Positions 35,114 to 45,600 of a stretch of 62,542 nt of DNA are shown here, one piece after another. The DNA lies in NCBI GenBank assembly GCA_019322375.1, contig JAHWIP010000035.1, positions 1-62,542 of the forward strand, given 5' to 3'. The translations under genes and the position numbers were made by a program. This DNA is from Candidatus Woesearchaeota archaeon (GTDB taxonomy: Archaea > Nanobdellota > Nanobdellia > Woesearchaeales > SM23-78). The notes under the pieces are model-generated. The model had not been told where the DNA came from, searched no databases, and was given only the letters and a program-made list of their open reading frames with translations. Numbering within the stretch: position 1 is the stretch's first letter; each line of letters opens with the position of its first letter.

Positions 35114-37097
35114 CAAAAAAAAAGATTTGGTTTCAAAGAGAAGCGTGGTTTTGATGTGTGTGCTTATGCTTTTATTTTTATTCATAATCCTTACACCTAA
35201 CTTTGTTTCTGCTCTGCCATCTTTGCCAACAGAGTTCTATGGAGTAATAAGGGATTATAATGCTAATGCATCTGCAGGGGAACTTGTAAGAGCCTATGAT
35301 AGTGGCGGCACTCTTTGTGGTTCATTTACAATTGTTAATGATGGTTTTTATGGCTCACTTACTTGTGCAGGGGATGACCCTGAAACAAGTACTGATGAAG
35401 GCGCTACTGCTGGAGAAAACATAAGCTTTAGGTATAAAGGAGGGTTTACAACAGTAATGGGAAATAACACCTGGGGTTATGGTGTTTTCCAGTATGTAAA
35501 TCTGACTTATCCAGTTGTCTATTGTGGTGATTGGTTTTGTGATTCCTGGTATGAGGATTATTACAGTTGCCCTGAGGACTGTCCGCTTTGGAATGGCAGC
35601 ATAAATATAAGTATTAATATATCTGAAGGCGGAGAAGGCGGAGACGGTGGAGGAGAAGGTGGAGGAGGTGCAGAAAGTAGAGGGGCACTTGGCATGATGC
35701 CTAACTTTTACTTAAACTATACAGGGCTGGATATTACTGGGGTGGAAGATCTTGGATTTATATGTCAGGAGAGCTGGGTGTGTGGTAACTGGTCTGAGTG
35801 CAGGATTGATGAATTTCAGAACAGGACTTGTATTGATAGGAATGACTGTGGCACTTTTGAGAACAAGCCTCCTGAGATTCAGAAATGTGTCTATACTCCT
35901 ACTTGCTTTGACAGTGTTAAGAATGGTTTAGAAGAAGGGGTCGATTGCGGAGGTTTATGCCCTCCTTGTATTACTTGTTATGACGGCATACAGAACTGCC
36001 ATGACGGACTATGCGAAGAAGGAACAGACTGCGGAGGACCATGTCCATCTTGTCCTACTTGTTATGATGGTAAACAGAACTGCCATGACGGACTATGCGA
36101 AAACGGAATAGACTGCGGAGGGCCATGCGAGAAAAAATGCCCAGGAATACAAATAGCAATCCCTGGTCTTGTGTGTAAAAAAGATTTTAATCCTTTATCA
36201 AATCAAAGCATTTTCTTCTTTATCCTCATTCTTCTGCTAATCTTAGGAGACATAGTTTATTCCAAGAAGAAGATTGATGATATTAAGGAAAAGAAAAAGC
36301 TGAGTGATATCAAAAGAGCCAGAGCAATATTGTCTATTAGAAGGAGAATGTATTTGTTCATTTTCATAACCATATTGATATCAATTATCTTGTACTTGTA
36401 TTATTACTTTTTTATAATGTGTGAGGTAGAGTACAGGTTCTTATGGCTCTTATTGTTATTATTATTCATAAGTCCAATAATTATTCATAAAATAATGAAG
36501 TATATTGAGTATACTGAAAAGAAAAGATTAAACAAACTCAGAGCTCTGCTGGATACACATTATAAACAAATAGAGAATCTTGTCAGGATTGAGAATGAGA
36601 ATTTAATAGAGTTAGAACAAGAGATTGCTGATGAGTTGTACAGGCTGCTAGAAAACCCAGAATACAAAGAGAAAGAAGAAGAGGTTTCTGAAGAAATAAA
36701 AGTTTTAAAAGACGTTTATAAAGAGCTTGTGTTCCTTTACTCAAAATACAAGGAAAGGCAAAATCCTATAGATAAGGAAAGAATCCTTTGTGATGATGTT
36801 TACAAGCTTATTGAAGAGGAGAGGTATAGATATCTTATTCAAAATGATCCTAGGCTTAAAAGTATCGTTACTAAGCTAAAACTTCTCTACAAACAATATG
36901 AGGAAAAACAGAAATTATATGATGAGATGGACAAGATTGAGGAGTCTAAGTATGAATTAGAGCATGAGTTAAAAAGGGGTAAAAGAGGGGCAAATCAGGA
37001 AACAGAAGAGGAGAAGGAAGAAAGTAAAGAAGATGAAGAGGAAAAAGAAAAAAACAGAAGAAATAAAAAAATAAATGAAAAAAATATTCAGATTTAA
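35103..37097 (+). CDS. 664-aa membrane protein: signal peptide, 'PTEFYG' beta domain, Gly/Glu linker, Cys-rich repeats, three TMs, acidic coiled-coil tail
   Basis: 'LPSLPTEFYGVIRDYNANASAGELVRAYDSGGTLCG...DEGATAGENISF'. Three 'C(Y/F)D..(Q/K)N...E(E/N)G.DCGG.C' repeats. Hydrophobic segments are followed by a K/E-rich C-terminus. Confidence 0.7.
   Translation: MLISKKKDLVSKRSVVLMCVLMLLFLFIILTPNFVSALPSLPTEFYGVIRDYNANASAGELVRAYDSGGTLCGSFTIVNDGFYGSLTCAGDDPETSTDEGATAGENISFRYKGGFTTVMGNNTWGYGVFQYVNLTYPVVYCGDWFCDSWYEDYYSCPEDCPLWNGSINISINISEGGEGGDGGGEGGGGAESRGALGMMPNFYLNYTGLDITGVEDLGFICQESWVCGNWSECRIDEFQNRTCIDRNDCGTFENKPPEIQKCVYTPTCFDSVKNGLEEGVDCGGLCPPCITCYDGIQNCHDGLCEEGTDCGGPCPSCPTCYDGKQNCHDGLCENGIDCGGPCEKKCPGIQIAIPGLVCKKDFNPLSNQSIFFFILILLLILGDIVYSKKKIDDIKEKKKLSDIKRARAILSIRRRMYLFIFITILISIILYLYYYFFIMCEVEYRFLWLLLLLLFISPIIIHKIMKYIEYTEKKRLNKLRALLDTHYKQIENLVRIENENLIELEQEIADELYRLLENPEYKEKEEEVSEEIKVLKDVYKELVFLYSKYKERQNPIDKERILCDDVYKLIEEERYRYLIQNDPRLKSIVTKLKLLYKQYEEKQKLYDEMDKIEESKYELEHELKRGKRGANQETEEEKEESKEDEEEKEKNRRNKKINEKNIQI
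35901..36140 (+). repeat. Three tandem Cys-rich repeats (72 + 84 + 84 nt) in the 664-aa gene
   Basis: 'TCFDSVKNGLEEGVDCGGLCPPCI', 'TCYDGIQNCHDGLCEEGTDCGGPCPSCP' and 'TCYDGKQNCHDGLCENGIDCGGPCEKKC'. The last two units are near-identical at DNA level. Confidence 0.85.
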
Positions 37098-37110
37098 TAT
37101 TTAGATTTTT

Positions 37111-38049
37111 TTACGGCACTTCTGCTGCAAACACCACTGTCCCATTACACTCACCAAAGGGGTTGGTTGTCACATTTACATGAAGCCTCCAGTAAGTAGC
37201 ATTAATTACTTGCTGACTATCATTTGTTTGTTGTATTACTGTTAAACCAGCAATGTGTGTGGCTGAACCTGTTACTGATGTCATATCAGCATAAAGTTCA
37301 GTTGAGTTGATGCTATATCTTTCATTAGGTAATGTTAGGTTTCTTTGTTCACAAACCATGGCCAGACCAGCATATAATATCTCATCTTCCCCTCCAAAAC
37401 CATAAACACTCACATTGATATTCATGTTCCCAAAGTTTGTAACATTAGCTGAAGGAGGGGGATTTGAAGTATATGTGTCTCCTACTGCCATGTTACCAAA
37501 ATCAATAAGTTCTGTGACATTCAGAGCATATAAGGTGTTTATGCTGGCATTACCAGTGCCTGTATCTGTCATATTATAATCATCAATCACAGTAAAATTA
37601 CCTATCCAGGTGCCATTATTGGCATAGTATAACAAATCAAATGCGCAGGTCCAATTAGTGTAATAACTGTTTGTATTATTCTCTGTACAAGTTGAATTAG
37701 CATAATGCGTGTTATTATCATCAGGGTCGCTTGATTCATTCAGGTAATAGTAAAAAGTTCCATTGGTATTGTTAATCTCACTACCACCATTATAATCCCT
37801 TATTTCAATCAAACAGGTTATGGTTTGAGTGCTGCCTGGACTGAGATCAATAGCTGCATCATTATTGCAAGTTACATTAAGAACCTCTGGATATGCTTGT
37901 GTTACATTTACTGTTGTGCGTACACTTACATTCTCATAATTACCACTAGGACCCCAGCTTAGGACTGATGGCAGAATGTTATAGAAATAGAGTATGAAGA
38001 TGAGAAGTAATACTACTATTATTGCCTGGGTTTTATTTTTACTTTGCAT
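37111..38049 (-). CDS. Family-B secreted two-domain protein B2
   Basis: Collinear with B1 ('WGPSGNYENVSVRTTVNVT', 'NVTNFGNMNINVSVYGFGGEDEILYAGLAMVCEQRNLTLPNERYS', ends 'CNGTVVFAAEVP'). I count about 23 N-x-S/T sequons in the mature ~270 aa. Confidence 0.8.
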   Translation of the reverse strand: MQSKNKTQAIIVVLLLIFILYFYNILPSVLSWGPSGNYENVSVRTTVNVTQAYPEVLNVTCNNDAAIDLSPGSTQTITCLIEIRDYNGGSEINNTNGTFYYYLNESSDPDDNNTHYANSTCTENNTNSYYTNWTCAFDLLYYANNGTWIGNFTVIDDYNMTDTGTGNASINTLYALNVTELIDFGNMAVGDTYTSNPPPSANVTNFGNMNINVSVYGFGGEDEILYAGLAMVCEQRNLTLPNERYSINSTELYADMTSVTGSATHIAGLTVIQQTNDSQQVINATYWRLHVNVTTNPFGECNGTVVFAAEVP

Positions 38050-38135
38050 TGTTAACTAGTCTCTACTTTACTTTTTACTATTAATTCAGTTCATTACAAG
38101 CACATTAGTATAGGTTTATGTATATCTGTAGCATA

Positions 38136-40943
38136 TCAAGTATATAAATGTTTCGCTTCAACAGTTTTTTTTATCTCCTCAGACAGGGTGTTCATCTCAA
38201 GGTTAGCCTTTAACCTGTCTTTTAACCTTAAATTAATGCGATTATAAAAAAGAAGAGCAAGAGAATACTGCTCATAAGCAGCCCTAATATCATTGCGCTC
38301 CAGCCCTTCATAAGCTCTTTGGATAAAAACAAAAAGGGTGTCTAAGCCTGATTTTGAATCAGAAACCATTGTTTTTTCATTAAAAATAAGAGCAGATTTT
38401 TTCCCTGGAATCTTTGCCTTTTCCAATGCCTCTTTTTCCTGCTTGTCTATCCTTGTCATAATTTCCTTTTCATAGCCATGCTCTGTTTTTAAAAAGATAA
38501 AATAATAGATTAAAAGACCAATCAGGATTATAATCCCAAGCGGTATCAAAACAAATTTTGTTAATGCGAACTCTTTATCCTCGCCAGCAACAGCTTCACC
38601 AGTAATCTGGCTTGATGAAGTTAGGTTTTCCTCTGAAAGAGTGTTTAGAAATTCGTCAATATCATAGAGCAGGATTGTCTTTATTGTCTGCAGTTGGTTC
38701 AGGTCTTTTTTATTAAATGTTGTGTATTTTATTTCAGAGTTTTCTAAGTCCCTTAAAAACCAAAGCGCGCCAATGGCATTGAGCTCTGCAGGGGTGTTTC
38801 TGAAGGTTATTTCTGATATCTTAATAACATCTTTAGGAATAATCTCCTGGATAAGCACACCCTCCAGCCCCTCGGGTAAGAGGATTGTTTCTCTTATTAA
38901 AGTTATTCTCTCATCCTCTTTGTACTCATATTCTATTTCATAGCTTATTATTTCCTGGAGAATTCTTATTTCTTCTTGTAGCTTCTTTGTTCTTGTGTAA
39001 TACTCTGTTTTTTGCTCTTTTGTTAAGGCTTTATTCTTAAAATACTCCTCGATTGCTCTTTGTAACAAGTTTTCCTCAGTTACTTGTTCGTTTTGTATCT
39101 TGTTTCTTACTCTCACTTCCTTTATTATGTCTTTTTCATATTCTTCTATTTTTGCATCTATTATCTCTGCTTTTGTGTCTAACTCTTCTTTTGACAGCTT
39201 GGTCTCACGATAGGTTTTGAGTTCTCCAATAAGGGTCCTTATCTGGCTCTTAATTTCCCTCAGCTTGCTCACAAGTTCTTGTTCATTAATTATGTGTAAT
39301 AAATCTGAGTCTGTTGTTGCTTCCAGTTCTGCAATCTTTACTTCAAGGTCCTGCACTTTTCTTTCTAACTGATTTATTTTGTTGTTTATTATCAGTAGGA
39401 GTTCAGGCTCTTGTTTAAATCCTGGCGAAGCATTCTGGAACTCTGTCATTATAAATTTTTCTTCTGAAAGCAGGCCTTCATTACCTGCTTGGTCCACAGC
39501 ACTCAGTCTGTAGAAATAGCCTATTTTGTTGATAACATCTGCATCTTGATAAGGGTTCACCTCTGTTATGGTCTTAAAATCTGATTTATCTGTTTTCCCT
39601 GTGGTTGACCTGTAGATGTTAAAATGATGTGTTTTCTCTCCTTCATAGTCCCATGAAAGCTTTATTTTGTTATTCTCATTGAACAGTCTAAGTGATCTGG
39701 GCTCAGACGGGGGATTGGTGTCTACCAAGACTAGTTTCCCACTGGTAATCTCAGTGCCTGTCATTCCTTTTGCGTCTTTTCCCTGATACAAGAATTCTGC
39801 TGCATGTTCTCCTGAATTTTCAGGGATTATTAAGTAGCCCTCCCAGTTCTCTGAGCTTCCTTCAAGAGGTATGTTTATTTGTTTATTACTATACCTTAAT
39901 TTCAGGCTAGGTGCCTGGCTTAAGGGTTCTGATGCCAAAAGATTTACTTCATAGGTTCCTTGTCTTAATGCTTTATAGCTGCTGTTCCTGTGTATGTCTA
40001 TTGATATTGTTGGAGGGAAATTCAGCTCTATGTTGATTGTTATGGGCGGATCATTATAATTACCCAGCAGGTCCTTACAGCTTACATAGTAGGTGTTTAT
40101 TCCTTGTATCAAGGTTAGTGGTTGCTCATGAAGGGTTGCTCCTGTTGTTTGGAATTGGTTATACAGGCTATCATAATCCTGGTTGGTCTTATCCCACCTG
40201 CATGTTGCTATCTCATTGGTATTAAAGCTTAGAGTGATTTGTTCCTGGGTTAGGGTGCCTGTTGGTTTTATACCTGATATTCCTGGAGAACTTGTATCTA
40301 TTGTGAAGTTTATGGCTTGGCTTTGCCCTATGTTGTCTTCAAAATCTTTGCACCTCACATACAGGGTGTGTTCTCCATCCCCGAACATTCTGAGTTTGGT
40401 ATGCTCCTCTCCTTCTCCGCTTAGTCCAAAAGTCATTGAATCATAGCTAACATCTACTTCATCATATTTGCATGTACAGTTTTCATTTGTTATTGCTTTT
40501 AGTTCTATAAGATTGTAATCCAGAAGTCCTTGGGGCTGGGTTTCTATTATCTCTGGAGGTGTTGTGTCTTGAACTACAAAGATGTTAGTGTAGTTCTGAG
40601 TTTCATTTAATGAATCTGTTGCATATATCTTATAAGTGTTGGTTCCTTTGTTTAATGGCACCCAGGAATAGGCATAAACAGAGCCCTCGCCTTCCACGGT
40701 GTGGTTTTGCCCATCAAATTCTATGAATGCCTGTGCTATTGTAGTGTTGTTTGTGTTGCTTGTTATGTTAAGGGTTATTGTTTGTATTCCAGTGTATTCC
40801 AGGGGATTTGTTTGGCTTATCAGCTGTATCTGGGGCATTGCCCAGCTTATTTTTAATGTTAACAGGAGAGGGATTAGTAAAAGGATTATAAGAGTGATTA
40901 ATTCTTTTGTTCTCTTTTTGTTTTGTTTTGTTTTTTTAGTCAT
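38136..40943 (-). CDS. 935-aa membrane-anchored surface protein (Ig-like 'C.C...C.D' modules, FN3, long extracellular coiled coil, TM, cytoplasmic helical tail)
   Basis: Signal 'LITLIILLLIPLLLTLKISWA'. Modules 'NCTCKYDEVDVSYDSM...YVRCKDFEDN' and 'ATCRWDKTNQDYDSL...YVSCKDLLGN'. FN3-like 'PSEPRSLRL...YFYRLSAVDQAGNEG'. TM 'FVLIPLGIIILIGLLIYYFIFL'. Confidence 0.8.
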   Translation of the reverse strand: MTKKTKQNKKRTKELITLIILLLIPLLLTLKISWAMPQIQLISQTNPLEYTGIQTITLNITSNTNNTTIAQAFIEFDGQNHTVEGEGSVYAYSWVPLNKGTNTYKIYATDSLNETQNYTNIFVVQDTTPPEIIETQPQGLLDYNLIELKAITNENCTCKYDEVDVSYDSMTFGLSGEGEEHTKLRMFGDGEHTLYVRCKDFEDNIGQSQAINFTIDTSSPGISGIKPTGTLTQEQITLSFNTNEIATCRWDKTNQDYDSLYNQFQTTGATLHEQPLTLIQGINTYYVSCKDLLGNYNDPPITINIELNFPPTISIDIHRNSSYKALRQGTYEVNLLASEPLSQAPSLKLRYSNKQINIPLEGSSENWEGYLIIPENSGEHAAEFLYQGKDAKGMTGTEITSGKLVLVDTNPPSEPRSLRLFNENNKIKLSWDYEGEKTHHFNIYRSTTGKTDKSDFKTITEVNPYQDADVINKIGYFYRLSAVDQAGNEGLLSEEKFIMTEFQNASPGFKQEPELLLIINNKINQLERKVQDLEVKIAELEATTDSDLLHIINEQELVSKLREIKSQIRTLIGELKTYRETKLSKEELDTKAEIIDAKIEEYEKDIIKEVRVRNKIQNEQVTEENLLQRAIEEYFKNKALTKEQKTEYYTRTKKLQEEIRILQEIISYEIEYEYKEDERITLIRETILLPEGLEGVLIQEIIPKDVIKISEITFRNTPAELNAIGALWFLRDLENSEIKYTTFNKKDLNQLQTIKTILLYDIDEFLNTLSEENLTSSSQITGEAVAGEDKEFALTKFVLIPLGIIILIGLLIYYFIFLKTEHGYEKEIMTRIDKQEKEALEKAKIPGKKSALIFNEKTMVSDSKSGLDTLFVFIQRAYEGLERNDIRAAYEQYSLALLFYNRINLRLKDRLKANLEMNTLSEEIKKTVEAKHLYT
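38141..38155 (-). promoter_or_regulatory. BRE/TATA promoter for B2, embedded in the last codons of the 935-aa gene
   Basis: The minus strand GAAGCGAAACATTTATATACTTGA both encodes '..EAKHLYT*' and contains CGAAACATTTATATA. Confidence 0.55.
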
Positions 40944-41008
40944 GTTTCTAATTAAGTTGTGGCGTTCTGAGGGTTTTTTCTAGCTTCATTGATTATGCCT
41001 GTGATGGG

Positions 41009-41164
41009 TTAGGGTTTAATCTTGGCTAGAACTCCTTTGTCTTTGTCTATCTCTTTGGCTATTGCTTTTGCGAGGTAGTCGTTTAAGGTCATGCCCTTCA
41101 GAACGCTGATAATTTTTGCCTTTGCATGCACATTCTTGTCTATTTTTATGTGGACTGCTTTCAT
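41009..41164 (-). CDS. Unannotated 51-aa ribbon-helix-helix (CopG/Arc-like) protein
   Basis: Not in the ORF track. Translates to 'MKAVHIKIDKNVHAKAKIISVLKGMTLNDYLAKAIAKEIDKDKGVLAKIKP'. The pattern (beta strand 'VHIKID', two helices) fits RHH. SD 'GAGGTTGAT' lies 2 nt before the ATG. The gene ends 65 nt upstream of the 935-aa gene. Confidence 0.5.
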   Translation of the reverse strand: MKAVHIKIDKNVHAKAKIISVLKGMTLNDYLAKAIAKEIDKDKGVLAKIKP

Positions 41165-41395
41165 TTATCAACCTCGCTTTATGGTTTTCAAGCTAGTTCT
41201 TGTTTATTATAAACCGCAAAGTTTAAATATTTTTCTATCTTTATATTAAAATATTTTACTTATTAAAGTAAGTTAATGGATTTTTAAGAGGAATATATGA
41301 TTTAGAAAGATTTATATAGAGTCAATGACGAGAAAATATAAGGAAAAACAGGATTAAAAAAGGATTAAATCATAAAAACAAAAAAAGACAGGTGG

Positions 41396-42649
41396 GTGGT
41401 TTTGGACAGACAGGGTATTGGCAAATCAAGTGTTTTATTAACTATACTACTTGTGATAATGTTTTTCTTGCTCAGCTCAAATATGGCTGAAGCCACTGTA
41501 ATAGGAGCAAATAAAGGAATTGTTAATTTTAAGAACGTGCTAAAGAATGGCTATGCCCAAGAACTCGTAACTTTGACAACTGACACTGATTTTAATCTCA
41601 GCATTACATATAAAGTTGAAGGAGAAATTACTGACTGGGTAAGAATAGAGCCCCCTGACCAACCATTCTTTATTAAAAAAGACAATCCTTATACTGTGGC
41701 TGTCATAGTTGAGCCTCCAGAAGATGCAAAGAACCAGGAGTACTCAGGTTCTGTAAGATTTCTTACAGGCGCTCTTGCAGGACCAGGGGGCCAGTTTGGA
41801 ACAGCTGTTAGAGCTGCTATTAATATCCGCCTGGGAGCAGAGATTACTGGCCAGGAGATTGTAAGTTGTAGTGCAGCTGGTTTTCAGCTGGAAGATGTGG
41901 AAGAAGGATATCCATTGGAGTTCTATGCTGTTATAAACAATCAGGGTAATGTACGTTTAAAACCTGAGTTCATCTTAGAGTTTTGGAACCAGGATCAGTC
42001 TGAGTTGGTTGAGACTTTTCGTTTTACTGTTAATGAGAGCATCCTGCCAACAGTGCAGAAAAGAATATTTCACTCCTTAGAGCACGACCTGGACATAGGC
42101 CAGTACTGGGTTAAGATAAGCACGCCTATGTGCGGGGCTGCTGGATCTGATTTTTTAACAGCGAGTGTGATTGAACGAGGAGGTGTGAGTGATAAAGGAG
42201 AACTCATAAAGATTGAAAATGAACCCTGGGTGAAAGCAGGGGACATTGTTCCAATAGATGCGGTTTTCAGGAACACGGGCACAAGAGTTGTAAGCGCCAA
42301 GTTCAAGGGCACTATTAGCTCTGGTGATGAGATTTTCAAGATTATTGACACCGACCCCCTGGATGTTATACCTGGGGAAACTGTTAATCTAAGAACTTAT
42401 TTCAATCCTGTGCAAGAAGGACAGTACATGATAAAAGGCAGGGTGCTGTACAACAAGAAGCTGACCTTTGAGAAGGGTTCTGTGCTTAATGTTAACCCTT
42501 CTGGCGAACCGCCTGGTATTGGAAAAGCATTTGGCTGGAGCACTATCCTAATAATTTTGGCAGTTGTGATAATCATACTTATCATCCTTGTTGCAAGGAA
42601 AAGGAAACAGGTGTTGAGAAAAAGAACAAGACGCAGACCCAGATTTTAG
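41396..42649 (+). CDS. 417-aa surface protein with beta-sandwich domains, C-terminal TM and a basic tail
   Basis: Signal 'VLLTILLVIMFFLLSSNMAEA'. TM 'WSTILIILAVVIIILIILVA' followed by 'RKRKQVLRKRTRRRPRF'. Lies 46 nt upstream of the 2745-aa gene on the same strand. Confidence 0.7.
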   Translation: MVLDRQGIGKSSVLLTILLVIMFFLLSSNMAEATVIGANKGIVNFKNVLKNGYAQELVTLTTDTDFNLSITYKVEGEITDWVRIEPPDQPFFIKKDNPYTVAVIVEPPEDAKNQEYSGSVRFLTGALAGPGGQFGTAVRAAINIRLGAEITGQEIVSCSAAGFQLEDVEEGYPLEFYAVINNQGNVRLKPEFILEFWNQDQSELVETFRFTVNESILPTVQKRIFHSLEHDLDIGQYWVKISTPMCGAAGSDFLTASVIERGGVSDKGELIKIENEPWVKAGDIVPIDAVFRNTGTRVVSAKFKGTISSGDEIFKIIDTDPLDVIPGETVNLRTYFNPVQEGQYMIKGRVLYNKKLTFEKGSVLNVNPSGEPPGIGKAFGWSTILIILAVVIIILIILVARKRKQVLRKRTRRRPRF

Positions 42650-42695
42650 GTTGTATGATTATTTAATTTAATTAATTATTTTTGGAGTGGTGTAG

Positions 42696-45600
42696 ATGCA
42701 TAAACAGGTGTTGATACTAAGCATTCTTATAACTATATTCCTAGCCTTGCATTCTATGATTATTACAGGCCAAACATCACTTCCTCCACTATCTACCGAT
42801 AAAAATGTTTATGAAGTTGAGGAGACTGTTGAGGTAAGTGTTAATATTGAACCGGAAGGGTATGCTCTCTACGAACTGGTTATCTCTGCAGTTAACAACA
42901 GCTATACTTACAAGGGGGATTATAATCCTGTCATGTTCTTCTATCCTACAGAAGAAGGTATCTACACCATTGCCCTGGTTGAGAAATCAACCAGGGCTAT
43001 TTTTTATTCTGTGTCCTTTGAGGTTATTCCAAGAGAAAGAAGTGGCATTCTTAGGATAGAAGGCGAGTTTACTGAAGAAGATATGCTGACAGAACCTATT
43101 TTAACAGAGCCAGCAATTGTAGTACAACCAACAGAACCTATTGAAGCAACAGCTTCTATCTCAACTGATAAAACAGAGTATATACAAGGAGAACCTGTGC
43201 GTGTATTCTTGAACTTAGATGGGCTTAGTGAGGAAAATATTAACTTATATCATTCATTCAATGGAATCTCACAAAGGTACATGGGTGATTTAAAATACAT
43301 TGTTTTTATACCTGAAGGAATAGGGCTTCATGAACTAATATTGGAAGATAAGAATGACAATCTTGTTTATGTTTATAGTTTTGAAGTCAAGCCAGGATTT
43401 GATGAAAAAATCATAAAAGTTCTTGACAGCAAGGGCTTTGAAGAAGACAGTGATGTCAAGGTTTATGATGAAGAACAAGGGTTTGCTTCTTTAGAAATAA
43501 CTCCCAGACCGAAAATTTTGAAAAAAATAAATCTAATGAAAGTAAAAGTTGGTTCTAATTTAAAGATGGGTGTTGAAGAAGTTGCTAAAGAAAAAATTAA
43601 TATTAAGCAAAGAAATGTTATAAAGGCCTTTGCTCTAGACCCATCGGGCTTGAATTTTACTAATGGAACAGCAACAGGTGTAGCTATTGGCAGCGAATTA
43701 TGGAAATGTAAAGATTGGGACTTTGCAACTCAACAATGCCTTGGAACTTGGCAGAAAATAATGGACTTAGTGCCTGGTAAGGAATATGAAATAATTATCA
43801 CGCCTGATGACCCTGGCTATGCAGAAACAGGTATTGCCAGCATTAATACTAAGAAACCAATTTATCATCCTAATGAAACAGCAGAAATAACTATTGTAGT
43901 GCTGGATACAGCAGGACATTTGGTTTCTGGCGCAGATGTTTATCTTAATATTACTGACCAAAACAATATTGTTTCTTCTTTTTCAACTTCAAACAATGAC
44001 ATTATCGAGACACAGCCAGGGATTTATAAAACGAATTTTTCAAATACAGCTTTAGAAGGCAATTATTCAATGGTTGTAAGAGCAATAGGAAGCAATGTTA
44101 ATAGCACCATGCTCTCATACTTTACTGTTAAATCATACTATGAGTTTGACATTATCAGGGATGTGCCTGTTACAACAGACCCTTGGCTTGGAGTGTTTGA
44201 TTCAAGCATTAGGATTATATCTTTCACTGGTGCCTTGAGTTTTAATTTCACAGAAGTTCTGCCAGCCAACTTCACTATTGGCAGTCATGGCGGTGCAAGG
44301 AGAACAGAGCAGAACGGAAAAATATATCTAACTTGGACTAATTTGAATAATAATTCTGTTGTTAGTTATTCTGCAAGGCCTCCCTTAGTCACTCCTGAGC
44401 TTTATGAACTTGGACCTTCATATATAAACTATTCATCAAGAATCTTTTATGAAGCAAGGTCTTGGTATTTAGCAGTTGACCCAACCACTTATTATGACCC
44501 TGATTCTAATGTTACTATTGGCTGGGATGAGGGTACAGGAACAGATGGGTTTGCTGAAATAGACAATGGAGTAAGACAGCCAGACACCACTGGAATAACA
44601 GCGGATTATGTGGCTGATTACACTCAAAACGCCGATGGTATTTCTGAGTTTGGATTTCCAGCTATCACTCAGACACCTTATAACATCACATTATGGGTTT
44701 ATACAGAAACAGAAAGTAGTTGTTTTTATACTTTTTACCTGCAGCAAAACGGAACAACAAGGTGCTCGCGCGCTATTGGTACTGGAACAACAGCTAATTG
44801 GTACTTTTGTAACTGGACTAATCCAACAGGAGATTTATCAAATTTAACAATAGAACTCAGTACTGTTTCTAAAGGCTCAGGAGCACATTCAACCTGCTAT
44901 GTTTATGAAGCCTATCTTGAAGTTGATTATAATAACCCTCCAAATGTTACCAGTCTTATTTATCCCCCCAATGGTGCTAATCTTTCATCAGGAACAAACA
45001 TTGATTTTAACTTCACTGTGACTGACCAAGAAACACCTATTGCTAACTGTACTTTATGGGGTAACTTTAGTGGAACATGGGCTGCCAACAAGACAGTTTA
45101 TAATGTTGCTAATAACACAGAGACAAACATAACCATTACTGTGCCTGATGGTAGTTATATCTGGAATATTAATTGTACTGATACATTTGGTGATTCTGAT
45201 GTGTATGAGACCAACTATAGCTTTAGGGTTGACACTATTTATCCAGCAATTAATTATTCAACAGGAACAGAAGAGAATGATACGTATTTTAACAGAAACT
45301 GGATATATGTGAATGTGAGTGTTAATGAAACTAATGAAAAAAATATTACTTTCAGATTATACAACACTAGCGGAGAAGTTAACATCACAACTTACACAAC
45401 ACCTGATTATGATATTAACTTTACTGACCTGAATTCTAATATGGAGTACTGGTACAATGTTACTGTGTGTGACCAGTTTGGCTGGTGCAATTCTACTGAA
45501 ACAAGAAAAATAACCCTTGATTCTGTTTATCCAACAATCAATTATTCTAGTGGAACAGAAGAGAATGATACTTACTTCAGCAGAACATGGATTTTTGTGA

